DNA from: the human T2T-CHM13v2.0 reference genome, Homo sapiens
Assembly (NCBI RefSeq): GCF_009914755.1
Contig: NC_060945.1
Length of the DNA stretch: 64,000 nucleotides
Reading direction: 5' to 3' (one strand)
The notes under the pieces were generated by a model. It saw only the letters and a list, made by a program, of their open reading frames with translations, was not told the origin of the DNA and made no database searches. Below, piece by piece: positions 41,275-54,560 of this stretch (within the stretch, counting starts at the first letter, position 1; every line of letters starts with the position of its first letter). A program made the translations under genes and the position numbers.

Positions 41275-41907
41275 TCACAGTCCAGAGCAAGATGGACGAC
41301 ACGTGCTGAACACATGGGTCAGAGGTTGGCAACCACTGAACAGAGGCCCCAGAGGTCTGAGGCTGCTGGACACAACGTGAAGACTTTGAGGACGATAGGC
41401 CAAGCAACTCGAGGGTTGGCATCCAGAAGTGAGGAGGTTTTGGGGCTGGCAACTCTTGGACAAGCAGAATTGGGGGCGATAGGCATTGGGCACACAGTCT
41501 CCTATGGGCTGGTAACTATTGAGCAGCGGCCTCAGTGGACGACAGCCGCTGGACACATACCTCTGTGGTCTACAGGATACTGGAAGGCAGGAACTGGAGA
41601 AGAAAGAAGCAGGAAGAAAACTGCTTCCTTGGCAAGGCCTGGGCACGTAGTAAGCAGTGGAAGAACCGCAAGAGGTTTCAAGATTGCCGGTCTCACAGTG
41701 GACCGGCTGGCAGCTGGTTGGTTCACCGCAGGTCTCTTGGCAGTTGTCTGTGACCCAGGTATGGTCTTGAGAGCTAGTGGGTAAGTAGAGGACATCTCCA
41801 CAGCTCACGCTGGTAGGGCAGAGGTCGATGGAGGTGAGAGGAATATGGCGGGAGGTTCTGAGAGATCCTGAGTTGGAGTTTCCCGAGCAGTAGTTGGGGC
41901 AAGACAT
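41275..41907 (-). CDS. KRTAP26-1: Keratin-associated protein 26-1 (210 aa, single exon)
   Basis: MSCPNYCSGNSNSGSLRTSRHIPL...WVTDNCQETCGEPTSCQP...CRPSCSGL, an intact PMG-type high-sulfur KAP with CRP/CQP decameric repeats. Confidence 0.97.
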   Translation of the reverse strand: MSCPNYCSGNSNSGSLRTSRHIPLTSIDLCPTSVSCGDVLYLPTSSQDHTWVTDNCQETCGEPTSCQPVHCETGNLETSCGSSTAYYVPRPCQGSSFLPASFFSSSCLPVSCRPQRYVSSGCRPLRPLLNSYQPIGDCVPNAYRPQFCLSKSCQPQNLLTSGCQPSSCLAYRPQSLHVVSSSLRPLGPLFSGCQPLTHVFSTCRPSCSGL

Positions 41908-41988
41908 AGTGAGGTTGTGAGAGCAGGCTGAAGTTGAGGCAAAGAAGTGAGTGTCTGAAGTTTGTTCTGCCCTTCCTTAGCTTGACCC

Positions 41989-41997
41989 TTTATTTAT
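41989..41997 (-). promoter_or_regulatory. TATA-like element (ATAAATAAA) of KRTAP26-1
   Basis: 82-90 bp upstream of the ATG, the same spacing as the TATA boxes of the paralogues; CTTTGAA (TCF/LEF-like) at 42290-42296 and 42311-42317. Confidence 0.5.
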
Positions 41998-44564
41998 CCC
42001 TAGAAGGTGGTGCTTCTGCGTGCAGACTCTTCCTCTTGTTGTATGAAGATGCATCAGAACTCTTTATTATAGCCAAGGAAGTGAGGCTTCCACCCTCCAT
42101 AAAACTGGATGCTCCTTGCAATGCCATCCATTGATTACGTCTATCTATAAACCAATGCGACTGAGTTTTAATAGGATCTATCCTTCTTAAATTATCCAAA
42201 CAAAACAGACACATTTTAAAGCCTATGTGCTTATTCCAATTATAACCACCATTGCACAAACATTCTTAAGATTCCTCTCTTAGAATTGTCTTTGAAAGTT
42301 GTAGCAACTTCTTTGAAACAGTGAGAACTTACATCTTTTTGAAGAAAAATTCTATTCTTCTTGGAAATTGCCAGAAGTGAGTAACTTGGAACAAGTATAA
42401 GAGAAAATGAAAATCCTTGCAAACTATATGACAGAAATATGGACAATTTCAATATGTTTTGCTTGGTTAGAATTTATTTTTCTAAGTTGTGATTTGCTTT
42501 ATTTCAGAATTCTATTCAGACTTGACTTTCTACCAAAATATCTTTATTCAAAAATATGTGCTCATTTTAGTCATTTCAATAAATAAATAAGCTGAGTGAA
42601 GCTGAAACCTTGGCTTATGTTTAAGATATTCTTGAATATAGATAATGAAGTTGGGCCAAGTTAAAATTATGTATCCTACTGTGAACAAAAGCAGAGAAGT
42701 AGACCTCTTAAAGAAAGTCAGGCATCTTGACATTTTTCATGATTATTTCAAGGTTATGTATTGCATGGTTTCTCATATTCCAACTGAAAAAATATTGTTC
42801 TTGGTTAAAAAATACACTGATTATGACATGAATTTATTTTGCTTTCTACATTGGCCTTGATGTCAATTTCCAAAAAGGAGCTTCTAAACTGCTTTACATA
42901 GGGAAAAGCATCAGGATAAATTATTGTTTTCCTAAGTTTTAGTACTTTAAAGGTCATTTGAGAATATGTATTTCTGGTAAAATTGTTTTAAAAAATGTAT
43001 GATTTTAGTTAGTTTCAACTATCCCTCTATATTTTTCTCATACTGACATACCCAGTGGCTCCAGTAGCTATTTTAATGGGATTTTAAATTATCTGCTGGC
43101 TCTAAGTTCCAATTCCTTTTGGCTAGTCAATTTAAATCATAACACTTTCTTCTATTTTGGTGTTTGAGGGACATACTTGTGCTTATCCAGTCTCCCTCTG
43201 TCCTGGAGGAGTGAAATCTCTGAAACAGAAAGTTGGTTTCTCAATGAGACAACACTAGACTATTTTACTACTGGGGGAGAAATATAAAAATAAAATGGTA
43301 TAATCCCGGAGGTCCTGTACTAACATGTTGAATTTATCTCAGTATTTTAGGTCAGACGATTTGTACCTGATGTATTTGAGAAAGCCCCACTCACTCCAAC
43401 CCCCAACCCCAGGCCCTCATCACCTAATACTGTTTGTATAACCGGATACTTTGTATACTTCGGACATCACCTAATACTCTGTGTATACAGCTGCTAGAGT
43501 CTTCTTGTAAAATCCTGGTTGCATCAGCTGAATGGCGTTAGTAATAGGTACAGTCATATTTAGCTGAATGCTTATGAAATTGTATGTTGATCCTTTTTAT
43601 GTCTGCTCTTCTCTAATATAAACAAGAGCCCAACATCTGTATCATTAGTACATCAATACGCTTGTGTGTATGTGTGGATAGATGTATATACTACATGTTC
43701 TATGTATACATGGATGGTTTTCCATGAAGAGAAGGGGTGTGGAATAAGAGGAAACTGGCATTCATGGAATGCCTACTCTGAAGAACCTTGTGCTGTGGGT
43801 GCCCACATGTGCCATTCACTTTGTCCTCACAATTCTATACAGTAGATCTTACTATTTCAAGTACTCATACGAGAAAACTTGAGCTTTAGAAAGTTGCAGT
43901 AATAGGTATTACGAAAAACATCTGAAAAAAGGCTCCTTGACTCCCCAAACAGTTTTTCTCTATCCAATATGGCATTACATAGAGATGCATTGATACTATC
44001 ATTTAATAACCAATAACCGTGTGAATTGGGTAATTTGCATAATTGCTCTGCTCCCCAGTCACTATCAGTATAATTTTATGGAAATATTAATAGTATCTAC
44101 TTTTCAGTGACATTTCAGGAATATATTGAGATGTCATTAAAAGTTAAGATAAACTGTAAAACGTTATACAAGAGTAATCTATTTTCTTGCTTTGGCGTTC
44201 TTAACCCATTCTGGAGAGTACGACCTTGGGTTTAATTTCTTTAGAGCACCACCATGAGTTTCTCGTGTGTGTGTGGGGGGGGGGGGCGGTGGGGGGGTAA
44301 AATTGCAAAAATATCAACAGATCTTCAGAAAGTGAAGTACCCTGAATATAAGTTGTCCTTCATGTAATATAGGTTGAACTAAAATTATTTCATAGTGGCT
44401 GTGTCACTAATAGAGAATTGCTTATTTGGGCATAATACCAGGTACCTCATTAGCAGGATCCTATAAACTACATGTTTCAGACTTCTCTTCTGAGTTAAGA
44501 GCCCAGGGATAATCGGAGGAACTGGGCATCCTGTGTGATTTCCCAGATTTACCCATGGCGTTGC

Positions 44565-44595
<31 letters not shown>

Positions 44596-45529
44596 AACCA
44601 TGGATCTTTGTCTCTCCTACTGTAGAAGGAGAATTCTGAGTTTCTCTGTCTTGGAGACAAAAAATCCCCAGAACATTTCAACAATAAAGTTGTGCCAATA
44701 AACAAGGTACTTTTAACTCATCCATTCAGCAAATATTATTGAGCATGTAGTATGTGCAAAACATTATGATAGATGCTGGCAATGGAACCAACATAAAATT
44801 GGTTTCTGCTCTCAGATGTACACTATCTGGTAAGCGTGATAAGACAGGTACATAACCCATGTCAGTGTTTACTAAGTTCCGTAAGTAATGTACAGAGAAG
44901 AGCAAACATAGTTCATTCACCTTACCAAAAATTTAACATTTGATATTAATTTTGAAAGATGGAAGGGGCTTTGGAGAAGAGGAAAACACTTTAGGCTATG
45001 GAAGAAGATGTCAAGGTAGAGAAAATGACAACATAGAGCTTCCCAGTGAAGGATTCTAAGAAGCAAACTCATATTCACATGTTGAAATTACTGGGGGAAG
45101 TAGTTAAGATATTGTTCTAAAGGTGTGGTGATCCAGTAATGTGTTTCAAGAAGAGAGTGCTGAGGTTAATTTGCAGCATAGATTGGAAAGTGGGAAAACC
45201 TGTTATGCTTTTCTCCCTTTATCTTCTAAAATTATATATTTCTTTCCATTTTTTTCTTTCTGTTATCATGGCAATGATTTAAGTTGGGCTTTTTTGTTCT
45301 CCTTCAGTGAATTTCCTACTGCCACCTTTGACTTCTGTCCCTATGGTCTTCTATTTTGCCTAAATAATGCATTTGAAATAATACTCATGAAATTAATTTC
45401 ATCATATGATTCTCTTTCTCAAAAAAGTGGATGATTTCTCTTTGTCAACAGAGAATTGTTCTGACACTTGTCTGGCCCTTCTCTACTTCCCAGTAAAGAT
45501 TCTCTCCTACTTTTTTGGGTTGCCTGTTA

Positions 45530-48500
45530 ATATTTACTAGTTCTAATAGTTTTTTGGTGGAGTCTTTAGGGTTTCTAATGTATAGAATCGTGTCACATGC
45601 AAACAGAGACAATTTTACTTCGTTATGATTTGGGTGATTTTCTTTTTTTTTTTTTTTCTGACTAATTGCTCTGGCTAGGACTTCTAGTACTATATTGAAT
45701 AGAAGTAGAAAGAGTGGGCATCCTTGTCTTGTTCCTGATCTAGGGAGAAAAGCTTTTAGGTTTTCACCATTGTGTGTTTCACCTGTGAGTCTGTCATATA
45801 TGGACTTTGTTATGTTGAAGTATATTCCTTCTGTGCCTAATTTGTTAAAGTCTTTATCGTGAAAGTTTGTTGAATTCTGTCAAATGCTTTTTCTACATCC
45901 ATAGGGATGATAACTTTTATCCTTCTTTCTGCTAATTTGGTGTATCACATTCATTGATATGCATGTGTTGAATCATCCTAGCCTCCCAGGAATAAAATTC
46001 ACTTAATCATGTTGTATCATCCTTTGAATGTGCCATTGAATCCTGCTTACTAGTATTTTGTTGAGGACTTTTGCATCTATCTTAATCAGGCATATTGGCT
46101 TCCAGTTTATGTTTTCATTTCTGTTTTATCTTTTATTATCCTTGACCAACACTAGTATCAGGGTAATGCTGGTTTTGTAAAATAAATTTGGAAATGTTTA
46201 AAAAACAACAAGCCTTACTTCTACAAATCTTCCTAATTTTATAAAAAATTTTCTATTTGACTTTTTTCTGCTCTATTTTTTTTTCTTCTGCTGACTTTGG
46301 GCTTAGTTTGTTATTCTTTCTCTAACTTCTTGAGAAGTTAAGTTGTTTGAAATCTTTCTTTTTTCAGGTAGGTATTTTTTGCTGTAAACATCTTAAAATG
46401 GTTTTCGATGCATTCCAAAGTTTTGGAATGTTGTGCTTCCATTTTCATTGTCTCAATATTTTTTAATTTCTCTTTTGATTTTTTCTTTGATTTATTGGTT
46501 GTTCAGTAGTGTGTTGTTTAATTTTCACATATTTGTGAATTTTTCAATTTTCCTCTTGTTACTGATTTCTAGTTTGGTGGTTTAATATCATTATGGTTGG
46601 ATGTTTAATATGATTTTAATTTCCCTAAGACTTTTTTGGGGGCTAACCCATAATCTATCCTGGATAATATTTAGTGTGTGCTAGAAAAGAATGTGTATTC
46701 TTCTCCTGTTGGATGAAATGTTTTGTATAAATCTGTTAGGTAAGTCTGCTGTTTCCTTTTTGATCTTCTGTCTGGGTGATGTATCCACTGTTGAAACCGG
46801 GGTATCAAAGTCTCCTGTGATTATCATACTACTGTCAATTTCTCCCCTCAGTTCTGTTAATATTTGTTTTTATATTTAGGTATTCCAATGTTGGGTGCAT
46901 ATGTATTTGTGATTGTTATATCCTCTTTATGAATGGACTCCTTTTTCATGATATAATGACCTTCTTTGTCCTTATGATAGTTTTTGGTGTAAAGACTATT
47001 TTGCACAGTAGAAGATCTAGCCACCACTGCTCTCATTTGGTTACCATTTTCATGGAATAACTTTCACTTTCAGCCTATGTGAGTTCTAAACTCTCAATTG
47101 AGTCTCTTGTAGACAGCATTTTAGTTGGATCTTTTAAAAAAATATATTCAGCCACCCTGTATTTTTTAAGTGGATATTTAAATCCATTTACATTTAAAGT
47201 AATTCTTGATTACTTTACTGCTGCCAAGAACTTACTACTGCCATTTTAATTGTTTTCTGTCTGTTTTGTGATTCCTTGTTCTTTTTGATTTGACGATTTT
47301 TTCTTAGTGGTATGCTTTGATTCTTTTAATTTTAATGTGTTTACAACAGCTTATTCTTGGTGATCACCATAAGGCTTACATAAAACATCTTCTAACTGTT
47401 TATTTTAAGCTGACAATAATTTCACTTTGATCACATACAGAAGTTCTACACTTCTTCCCCACACACACATATTTTGTTATTGATGTCATAATTACATCTT
47501 TTTATATTATGTATCTATTAACAAATTATTTTAGCTGTATTAGGGTTCTTCAGAGGATCAAAACTAATAGAATATATATAAATATATGAGGATATTTATT
47601 ATGAAAATTGACTCACATGATTATGAAAGCCGAAAAGCTCCATCCATGCCATCTGCAAGATGGAGAACCAGAAAAGTCACTGGTGTAATTTAATATGAGT
47701 CCAAGGGCCTGAGAACCATGGAGGGTTGGGGAAGGGAGTGTTGGTGTAAATCCTGGAGTCCAAAGGCCCAAAAACCAAGAGCTCCAGTATTGAAGAGCAG
47801 GAGAAGATGGCTCTCCCAGCTCCAGAAGAGAGAGGAAATTTACCTTTCCTGCACCATTTTCTTCCCTCCTGGGCTCCATTGGATTGGATGAGGTCTGACA
47901 GATTGATAAGGGCAGATCTTCCTTATTTAGTCTACTAATTCAAATGCTAATCTCTTTTAGAAACACCTTCACAGACACATCTAGAAATATGCTTTGCCCA
48001 CTATTTTGGTAAATCCTTAACCAGCCAAATTGACACCTGTAATTAACTATCACAGTAGTTATAGTTGTTTTTAATACTTTTGTCTTTTAACTTTTACACT
48101 AAAGTTAAAAGTGATTTATATACCACTATTACAATATTAAAGTATTCTGAATTTGAGTAGATACTTACCTTTAACAGTGAGTTTTATACTTTCTCAAGTT
48201 TTCATGTTTCTTATTAGTGCCTTTTCATTTCAAGTTGAAGACCTCCCTTTAGCATACCTTATAAGGCAGATCTAGTGTTGAGGAAATTCTTAGGCTTTTG
48301 TATATCTCAGAAAGTCTTTATTTCTTTTTCATTTCTGAGAGCCAGCTTCACTGGGGATATTATTCTTAGTTGGCAAGTGTTTGTTTGTCTGTTTCAGCAC
48401 TTTGAATACATCATTCCACTCTACTGGCCTGAAAGGGTTTTGCTGAGAAATTTCCTGATAGTCTCTTGAAACTTCCCTAGTTTGTGACAAGTCATTTTTC
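45530..48500 (-). mobile_element. L1M ORF2 fragments, interrupted by an MLT2 LTR
   Basis: ctggctaggacttctagtactatattgaatagaag, gagtgggcatccttgtcttgttcctgatc, atgttgggtgcatat; decayed, no long ORF. Confidence 0.88.
47536..48054 (-). mobile_element. ERVL solo LTR (MLT2C/D-like) nested in L1
   Basis: tgtattagggttcttcagag...aaatgctaatctctt...gaaacaccttcacagacaca...aattaactatcaca. Confidence 0.85.
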
Positions 48501-49133
48501 TTCATAATGGGGGAGTACATACTCATGATTAACAAACATGTCTCTCAAGTCTCATGTAGCCAAAAGGTACAAACTTTGTGTCTGCAGCAGGAAAACAACA
48601 TGGCTGCAACTGCTGGTCCAGTTACTCCATGGCTTAATTAAACTGTGTCAATAATGATTATATTACTGCTTAATATAGAACATTCGGTGGACTAAAAAAT
48701 TACATGTTTGTTTGTTTGAGCCCCTAGCAGATGTCTTGCTGCCAAAAACTATAAGTAAAAGCATCTTGTTTTCTGGTGCTAAGCTGCTATCTGTCTCTCC
48801 ACACCTGCTAATCTGTTCCTCCTTCTCTATCCTGACATAAGTCACTTTAAGGAGAAAGACAATTCAGGGTAGGAACAATGTCTATATCTTTCCCCAAGAG
48901 AGACTGAAGCTGTATACACTCATTCAGATACATTGAGGAACTTCAAGAAAAAGAGGAACTCAAACTTTTGTCGCTCTCTTGGATACAGGTGTCCAAGTTA
49001 CCATTTTACTCAGTCCAGTGGAGGTGAAAGGGAAATACTTGAATACAGCTAATGAGGCTTTGGAAGAGATTACAGATGGAAAGGAAAAATAATGTGACTT
49101 TCTAGGTGGAGCCCTTTGTGTCAGTTTAATGTA

Positions 49134-49472
49134 CAATTGACCCTTGGCATCTTTGGGGGACTGGTTCCAGAATCCCTGCAGATACCAAAATTTATGGATA
49201 CTCAAGTACTTGTTATAAAATGATATAGTATTTGCATTTAATTCACACACATGCTGTCATCTACTTTAAATCATTTCTAGATTACTAATAATAGCTGATA
49301 CAATGCAAGTGCTATGTAAATAGTTATTATGTGTTTTCTAGGGACGAATTATAAGGAAAAATGTCTGTATATGTTCAACACATATGCAATCATCTTTGTT
49401 TCCCTTAATGTTTTCAGTCTGTGATTAGTTGAATCCACAGATGGTGAACCCACAGATACAGAGGGCAAACTA
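49134..49472 (+). mobile_element. MER2 (TcMar-Tigger) DNA transposon fossil
   Basis: Terminal inverted repeats (caattgacccttggcatc...gatacagagggcaaacta) flanked by TA; internal gataccaaaatttatggatactcaagt. Confidence 0.85.
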
Positions 49473-49832
49473 TACTTTTGCTGTTGTGTTATATGACTAT
49501 GTTACCCCGTTCCATAAATTACAAAAGGGATTCCACTGATTGTGAAGATCTGTATTCATAGAAGTGCTAGTACTTTTGGGGTCTCTGTGAGTTACAAGTC
49601 ACTGTGACTGATGATTTTGTTATTGGAGCACTTAGCATAGGTAGACGCCTCCATTCACTGAATGCCACTTGGAGTCTTGTTAATAGTATTCTAACCTGAA
49701 TGATATATGAGATATATTAAATAGATTTGGTTGCAGCCTCTATTGGTCAGACTAATCGGAGTGGTCAGTGGAATGTCATTCTCATGGGAAAATTCACCAG
49801 GAGCAGTGCAGTGTAGAGATAAGAGTTGGGTA

Positions 49833-50278
49833 TTGTTTCAGGGAAAATAATCCCCATGGGTCTCTTGCATTTCTGCATGTCTTCAGTGCAGTCACTGGCT
49901 CCCTTTGTTCTAAATTAACTTTTCAAGCATGTTTTTAGAGAAACAGTCTTGGAAAATAGATACAGTGTTTCTCTCAGGGTCAAATGTCAAACATGCTTAC
50001 TCTTCATGATGTCTATGATCCAGGGTTCCTAAACTCAACATTCCTCTCCTGTGAAACAACCTGCTGCATATGCAGGTGTCAGCTGGCCCTATGGGAATTG
50101 GAGCTCAGGGATCTGGTGTCAATGCTAACACTCTGGCTTCGGCTATTGCCATAAATGATAAAGGCCTTTGTCTCTAACCTAGGCTTCTTATGTCTTCTGC
50201 CTGCATTCCCGAAACTATGACGGGTTAACTTGTTAGCATACAAATAGGATAAAATTTCTGACTTTTCACAGTTCTCAA
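49833..50278 (+). mobile_element. Old ERV-type solo LTR (family uncertain)
   Basis: TG start, atgggtctcttgcatttctgca, ataaaggcctttgtctctaacct, ggttaacttgttagc. Confidence 0.5.
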
Positions 50279-50775
50279 TGCCCCTTCCACAGGTTTCGGT
50301 TTTCTAGTTGAAATTGTGGCACTGCAACGTCATCATAATCACCAACTCTATTGCTTTGACAATCTTTTAATAAGACACAGACATTTTAGTCAAAGTATAA
50401 TATAGTCATAATAATATTGAAATAATTATGGGCAATTTATGCAGTAATAACTAGTAGAGATTAATCGAAGCTATTAGAAGATAAAGAAAGCAACTTGATA
50501 CCATATTGAAAATACATCTTAAAGGCTTATAAGGCATTAAAAGAAAAAGCTGACAAAGAAAAGGGACACATGTGAACCACAGTTTAGTTAATAAACAGTC
50601 TGCTCATGGAATAGGAGAGCAATAAATAGGTCTGTCACATATTTTTTACAGCAATCCAGCCATATAACATAGCCCTCCATGAGACTGCCCATTTTCCCCA
50701 ACTATGCTAGATAGAAATGTTTGGATAGTTTACTTGGGAATTGACAATTATGAGGGAGTACTCAAAATACCCCCG

Positions 50776-50976
50776 TGAGCTATATAAGCAACAGCTTTTG
50801 CCCCTGACTTCCATATTGTATATAATATATATAGGTATACAATATGTATACAATATGTATAGATATGGCAATATGTATACAATATGATGCATTTGTATAC
50901 AATAAGCATAAGTATACAATATGTATACATACACAGTATGCAAGTCAGGGGCAAAAGCTGTTTATTATATAGCTCA
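50776..50976. repeat. 201-bp inverted repeat with an AT-rich tandem-repeat loop
   Basis: 48-bp arms with 5 mismatches: tgagctatataagcaacagcttttgcccctgacttccatattgtatat versus the reverse complement of 50929-50976. Confidence 0.9.
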
Positions 50977-50999
50977 TCATTTGTTAACAAGTGAAGGTG

Positions 51000-51455
51000 C
51001 TGCACGACGGGGCAGCAGCTGCTAAATCCCAATCATGAATGAGATGCAAGAGCCAGCCCAGGGGTTAATAGCTCTAAGACCAGTGAATCCTGGGACAGCC
51101 ACTGCTGTCCATGTAGTCCAAAACATTGATCACAGATTGCTTGGTGGAAGGAAGTAAAGACTTAGGACGAAAAAGATTGTATGGCAGGTTCTGGACACAT
51201 CACAAGCAGAGGAGTACAGGGAGTGGTTTCACAAGATCTGGGTCCGCGGCATGCTGTTGGCAGCTGGGGATCCCCTCAGGTTTCTTGGCAGTAGTTCAGG
51301 AGCTGGATTCTGCCATAGCTGTTCCTGGCTTAGCAGAGGACATCTCTGAGGGTCACATGAAAAAAGGGGCTATTAGAGGGGATGACAGCCCCATGGCAAT
51401 AACCCCTGAGGGAATGACAGCTGTGGTTTTCACCTGAGCAATTATTGAAAGACAA
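51000..51455 (-). pseudogene. Unprocessed KRTAP pseudogene with a mutated start codon (3' end approximate)
   Basis: TTG in place of ATG at 51455: (L)SFNNCSGENHSCHSLRGYCHGAVIPSNSPFFHVTLRDVLC*ARNSYGRIQLLNYCQET*GDP / PSCQQ / PRSCETT / YSSACDVSRTCH...LDYMDSSGCP...GFSSCCP. Confidence 0.82.
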
Positions 51456-54199
51456 GATGACCTTAGTTTAGATTATAGGTAAAGTACTCGCACTTACTTA
51501 ATGCTATTTCTCCTTCTTTGCTGTGGCTTCTAGAATTTTTTAGTAATGACTACTAGCATTCAGTGTAGGTTTTATTCTGACTCACTATTTCAAATGTGGT
51601 TATGAACATAGCTCAATTATTCAGATGTCAGGAAAATGGCTACTTATTACTATGAAAAAAGTACTCAGTGAATCTCTAAAGCAAGAGAACTGTGGTCTTG
51701 TTTACTTTTTAACAAACCATGCATCTAGAAAAACAATATTTCAAGTTTTATTAAAATATATTTAAAATTCTGTGGCTAGATGAATATTTATTACACCTGG
51801 AATATTAATTTAAAATAGGTTACATTTATGACCTAATAAAGACTTGTATATGTGTTAAGTGTGGCCTTTAAGGTACATAAAGGGCTCACTAAAATTATTG
51901 TGCTTCATATGTTTAAATATTCTTAATAAACTTCTCATGAGAGATACTTCAATGTACAATCAGTAGGACACTAGGTTGAGCATCACAAGGCTTGAGTTCT
52001 AGCCCTGATCGGCTGGTAATGAGCCACGTGAAATTGAATAACTCATTTAACCTCAGCAGATGTATTTGCTCAACTGCAGAATAAGTAAGGTTCACTAAAG
52101 ATCTCTTACACATTTAGACATGATTGTGATTCTATGAAAACATAACTGTGATAGAAATGAGGCAGCTTCAGAAGAAACCATGCAAAAATGGTCACTGGTC
52201 TTTGCCATAAATACAAAGGCCACAGCATTTCACTCAGATATCTGATGGAAGCTTGGGAAACATTTAACTCTGATTAGGCATCTTTCAGAGCAAAACACAG
52301 CTTGGGCTGATATTTGTCCTCTAAGGAAAACTCAAAGGCTCAAAGTGTAGAATATTGTTTTTTTTAATTGCCTAACATTTCATTTGTAGCCTTAGGGCCA
52401 TGGAGCACTGACCTTGCATTAGAAGCCCCTCCAGGACCTTCTCAAGATCAATGGTTTGATCTCCACCATCATTCACTGCTGGAAATTAAACCAGACTCCT
52501 GAGGACCAAGCCACCATCAGCTGTAGCCTCAGGGAGATGGGAATGTGGGAGCAGGCCCACTTTAAGCAAGCTGCTGAATAAATATAGACTTGAAAAATGG
52601 AAGAAACACATGAAGCCTGTTTCTGTTTTCTAAGAAAGATGTGTTTCTTTCAGTGGTAATGTATATTCTAACTTTAATCTGGTAAGTACACCTGTAATCA
52701 CTACAAACCTTGTGAATATCAACAGCTAAAATTTAAAATTTATTTATTGTACTTGCTCCTGCAGTTTAATTTAATAAAATATGAGGTCTAGAGGAAGGTA
52801 CTTTGTTCCTAAGAATCTCAACATGCATTATTAGATTGGTTTCCTAACATATAGAGTGTGAAAGTGAATTCGCTCATGCCAAGTGGGAGATAAGAACAAT
52901 GGCTAATAACTCTACTCTAAATTTTGACACAGTTTATTGTGAAAGAGGGCTTTTTAATCCAGGTGTTTCACTCTGCACAGTCAATTTAAATAAGGAGCAT
53001 GCAACTGTCCATAAAGTAATAGTGACAAGGCACTGCAATAATAAGGGTGATGCTATTCTTAGCTTTCTCTTTGATTTTTAGCCTTCTTTTCTCATTATCT
53101 TTGTCAATTAGTAGTTACTAAACTCCTTCAGGGCCAACGACCCAGTACCATTGAGTAATGGAAGAATAGAAATTGGCTTAACTATTTTCTGAAATTTACC
53201 CTCAACATTTCTATGTTCTTAAGTTTGGATACAACTACATTAGTTTTGCCTCTGAGATCCAAGGGACAACTCTCTTTGAATGCCATCAGTGACTTTGTTT
53301 CCGTAAAGCTAGAGGAAGTTATACAAAAAGTCAGGCAAATAACTTATTCTTATGCAACTACAAAAAGATTTGTATTTTATTTTAAAATTGAGCTTTAGAT
53401 GTTTAGTGTATTTGTACCTATCTACCTATGATGCATTTTATACTTCATCAAGGCCGTATCTCTGATATAACCAGAATATGATTTATTAATTATATTAGCT
53501 GTTTCCTTCTTAAATATTTTTCAATCAACTATTATTTGAGTCCAAGTGGAAGATTTTAGAACAACTCTCTAGGTAAAAGAATTTCAAATGAGGAAGTAAG
53601 TAAGACTCCTGGAAATAAAACAGAAAGCACAACTAGGGAAGGATATTGTGGCTTCAATAGAGATATGAGTGATTCTCATCTAACATGGAGCAAAGTCCTG
53701 TCCAATCCTATTAGTGTCTACAATGAGCTCAAAATTTTCAAGAGAAATAGTATTTAATTTAAAAAGAATAAGGACTAAAGGATATGGAAAATGAAAGTAC
53801 TACCATTAAGACGATAATTGTTGTATTGTAGGTGAATCTGACTCCATGCCATCTAAATCCTTTTCCTAGCATCTAGATTCTATTGATGACACATGACTTG
53901 AAGTTAGTATTTGTTTTTTTCTAAGATATTTCAATTGCATAATATTTTACAAACTCTAATGAAAATATGTTCATTTCCTTTATTGCATTTATTTTTGAGT
54001 TACAAATGAGCCATCCAGTCAACAATACTCAGTTCTCTGGGTGTTTCTTCTGCAGTCTCACAGCAATACAATATAACCAGACCAATCATTTTTAGTCAAA
54101 TTATTTGTATCGGTCCTCCACATTGCACAGATATTTCTTCCACATTTGAAGCTACTCTAATGACTAGAAGTATAATATAAGTAAAGCACAATTAAAGTA

Positions 54200-54560
54200 T
54201 TACAGTGTTATACTCAAACTTTAAAGATTCATGGGTTAAAACCCTCGTTCCACCATTTACTTCCTGTACTGGAAAAGTTACTTAAATTACAGAGTAGGGA
54301 GTAAGTAAGACTCTTGAAAGTAGAAAGACAGAGTAGAACTAGGGAAGGATATCGTGGCTTAAAGAAAGATATGAGTAATTCTCTTCTAACACAAAGCAAA
54401 GTCTTGTCCTCCACAGGACAAATTTGTGCCTTTGTCCTCACTGGAAAAAGGGGGATTTACTAATGTTACTTATACCACTGGGTTATTTGAGTTTAAAATG
54501 ATAAAATATGTACAAAGTGTTAGGTAAATAATAAGCACCCAATTAATAAGAGCTATTTTA
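54200..54560 (+). mobile_element. MIR split by a ~130-bp non-MIR insert
   Basis: MIR 5' part up to ...aagttacttaa (~54285); MIR resumes at tgtgcc...cctca...aaaaagggg (~54425). Confidence 0.7.

Noticed and set aside
41314-41784. 156-aa antisense ORF and other overlapping ORFs at KRTAP24-1, KRTAP26-1, KRTAP27-1 and the 51-kb pseudogene (51126-51437)
   Set aside because: These are shadows of GC-richer, repetitive KRTAP codon usage, with no promoter or homology support.
43418-43487. Two 23-bp direct repeats (catcacctaatact..tgtata) separated by 24 bp, superficially CRISPR-like
   Set aside because: Only two units, the spacer partly resembles the repeat, the context is eukaryotic and there are no cas genes; a small local duplication.
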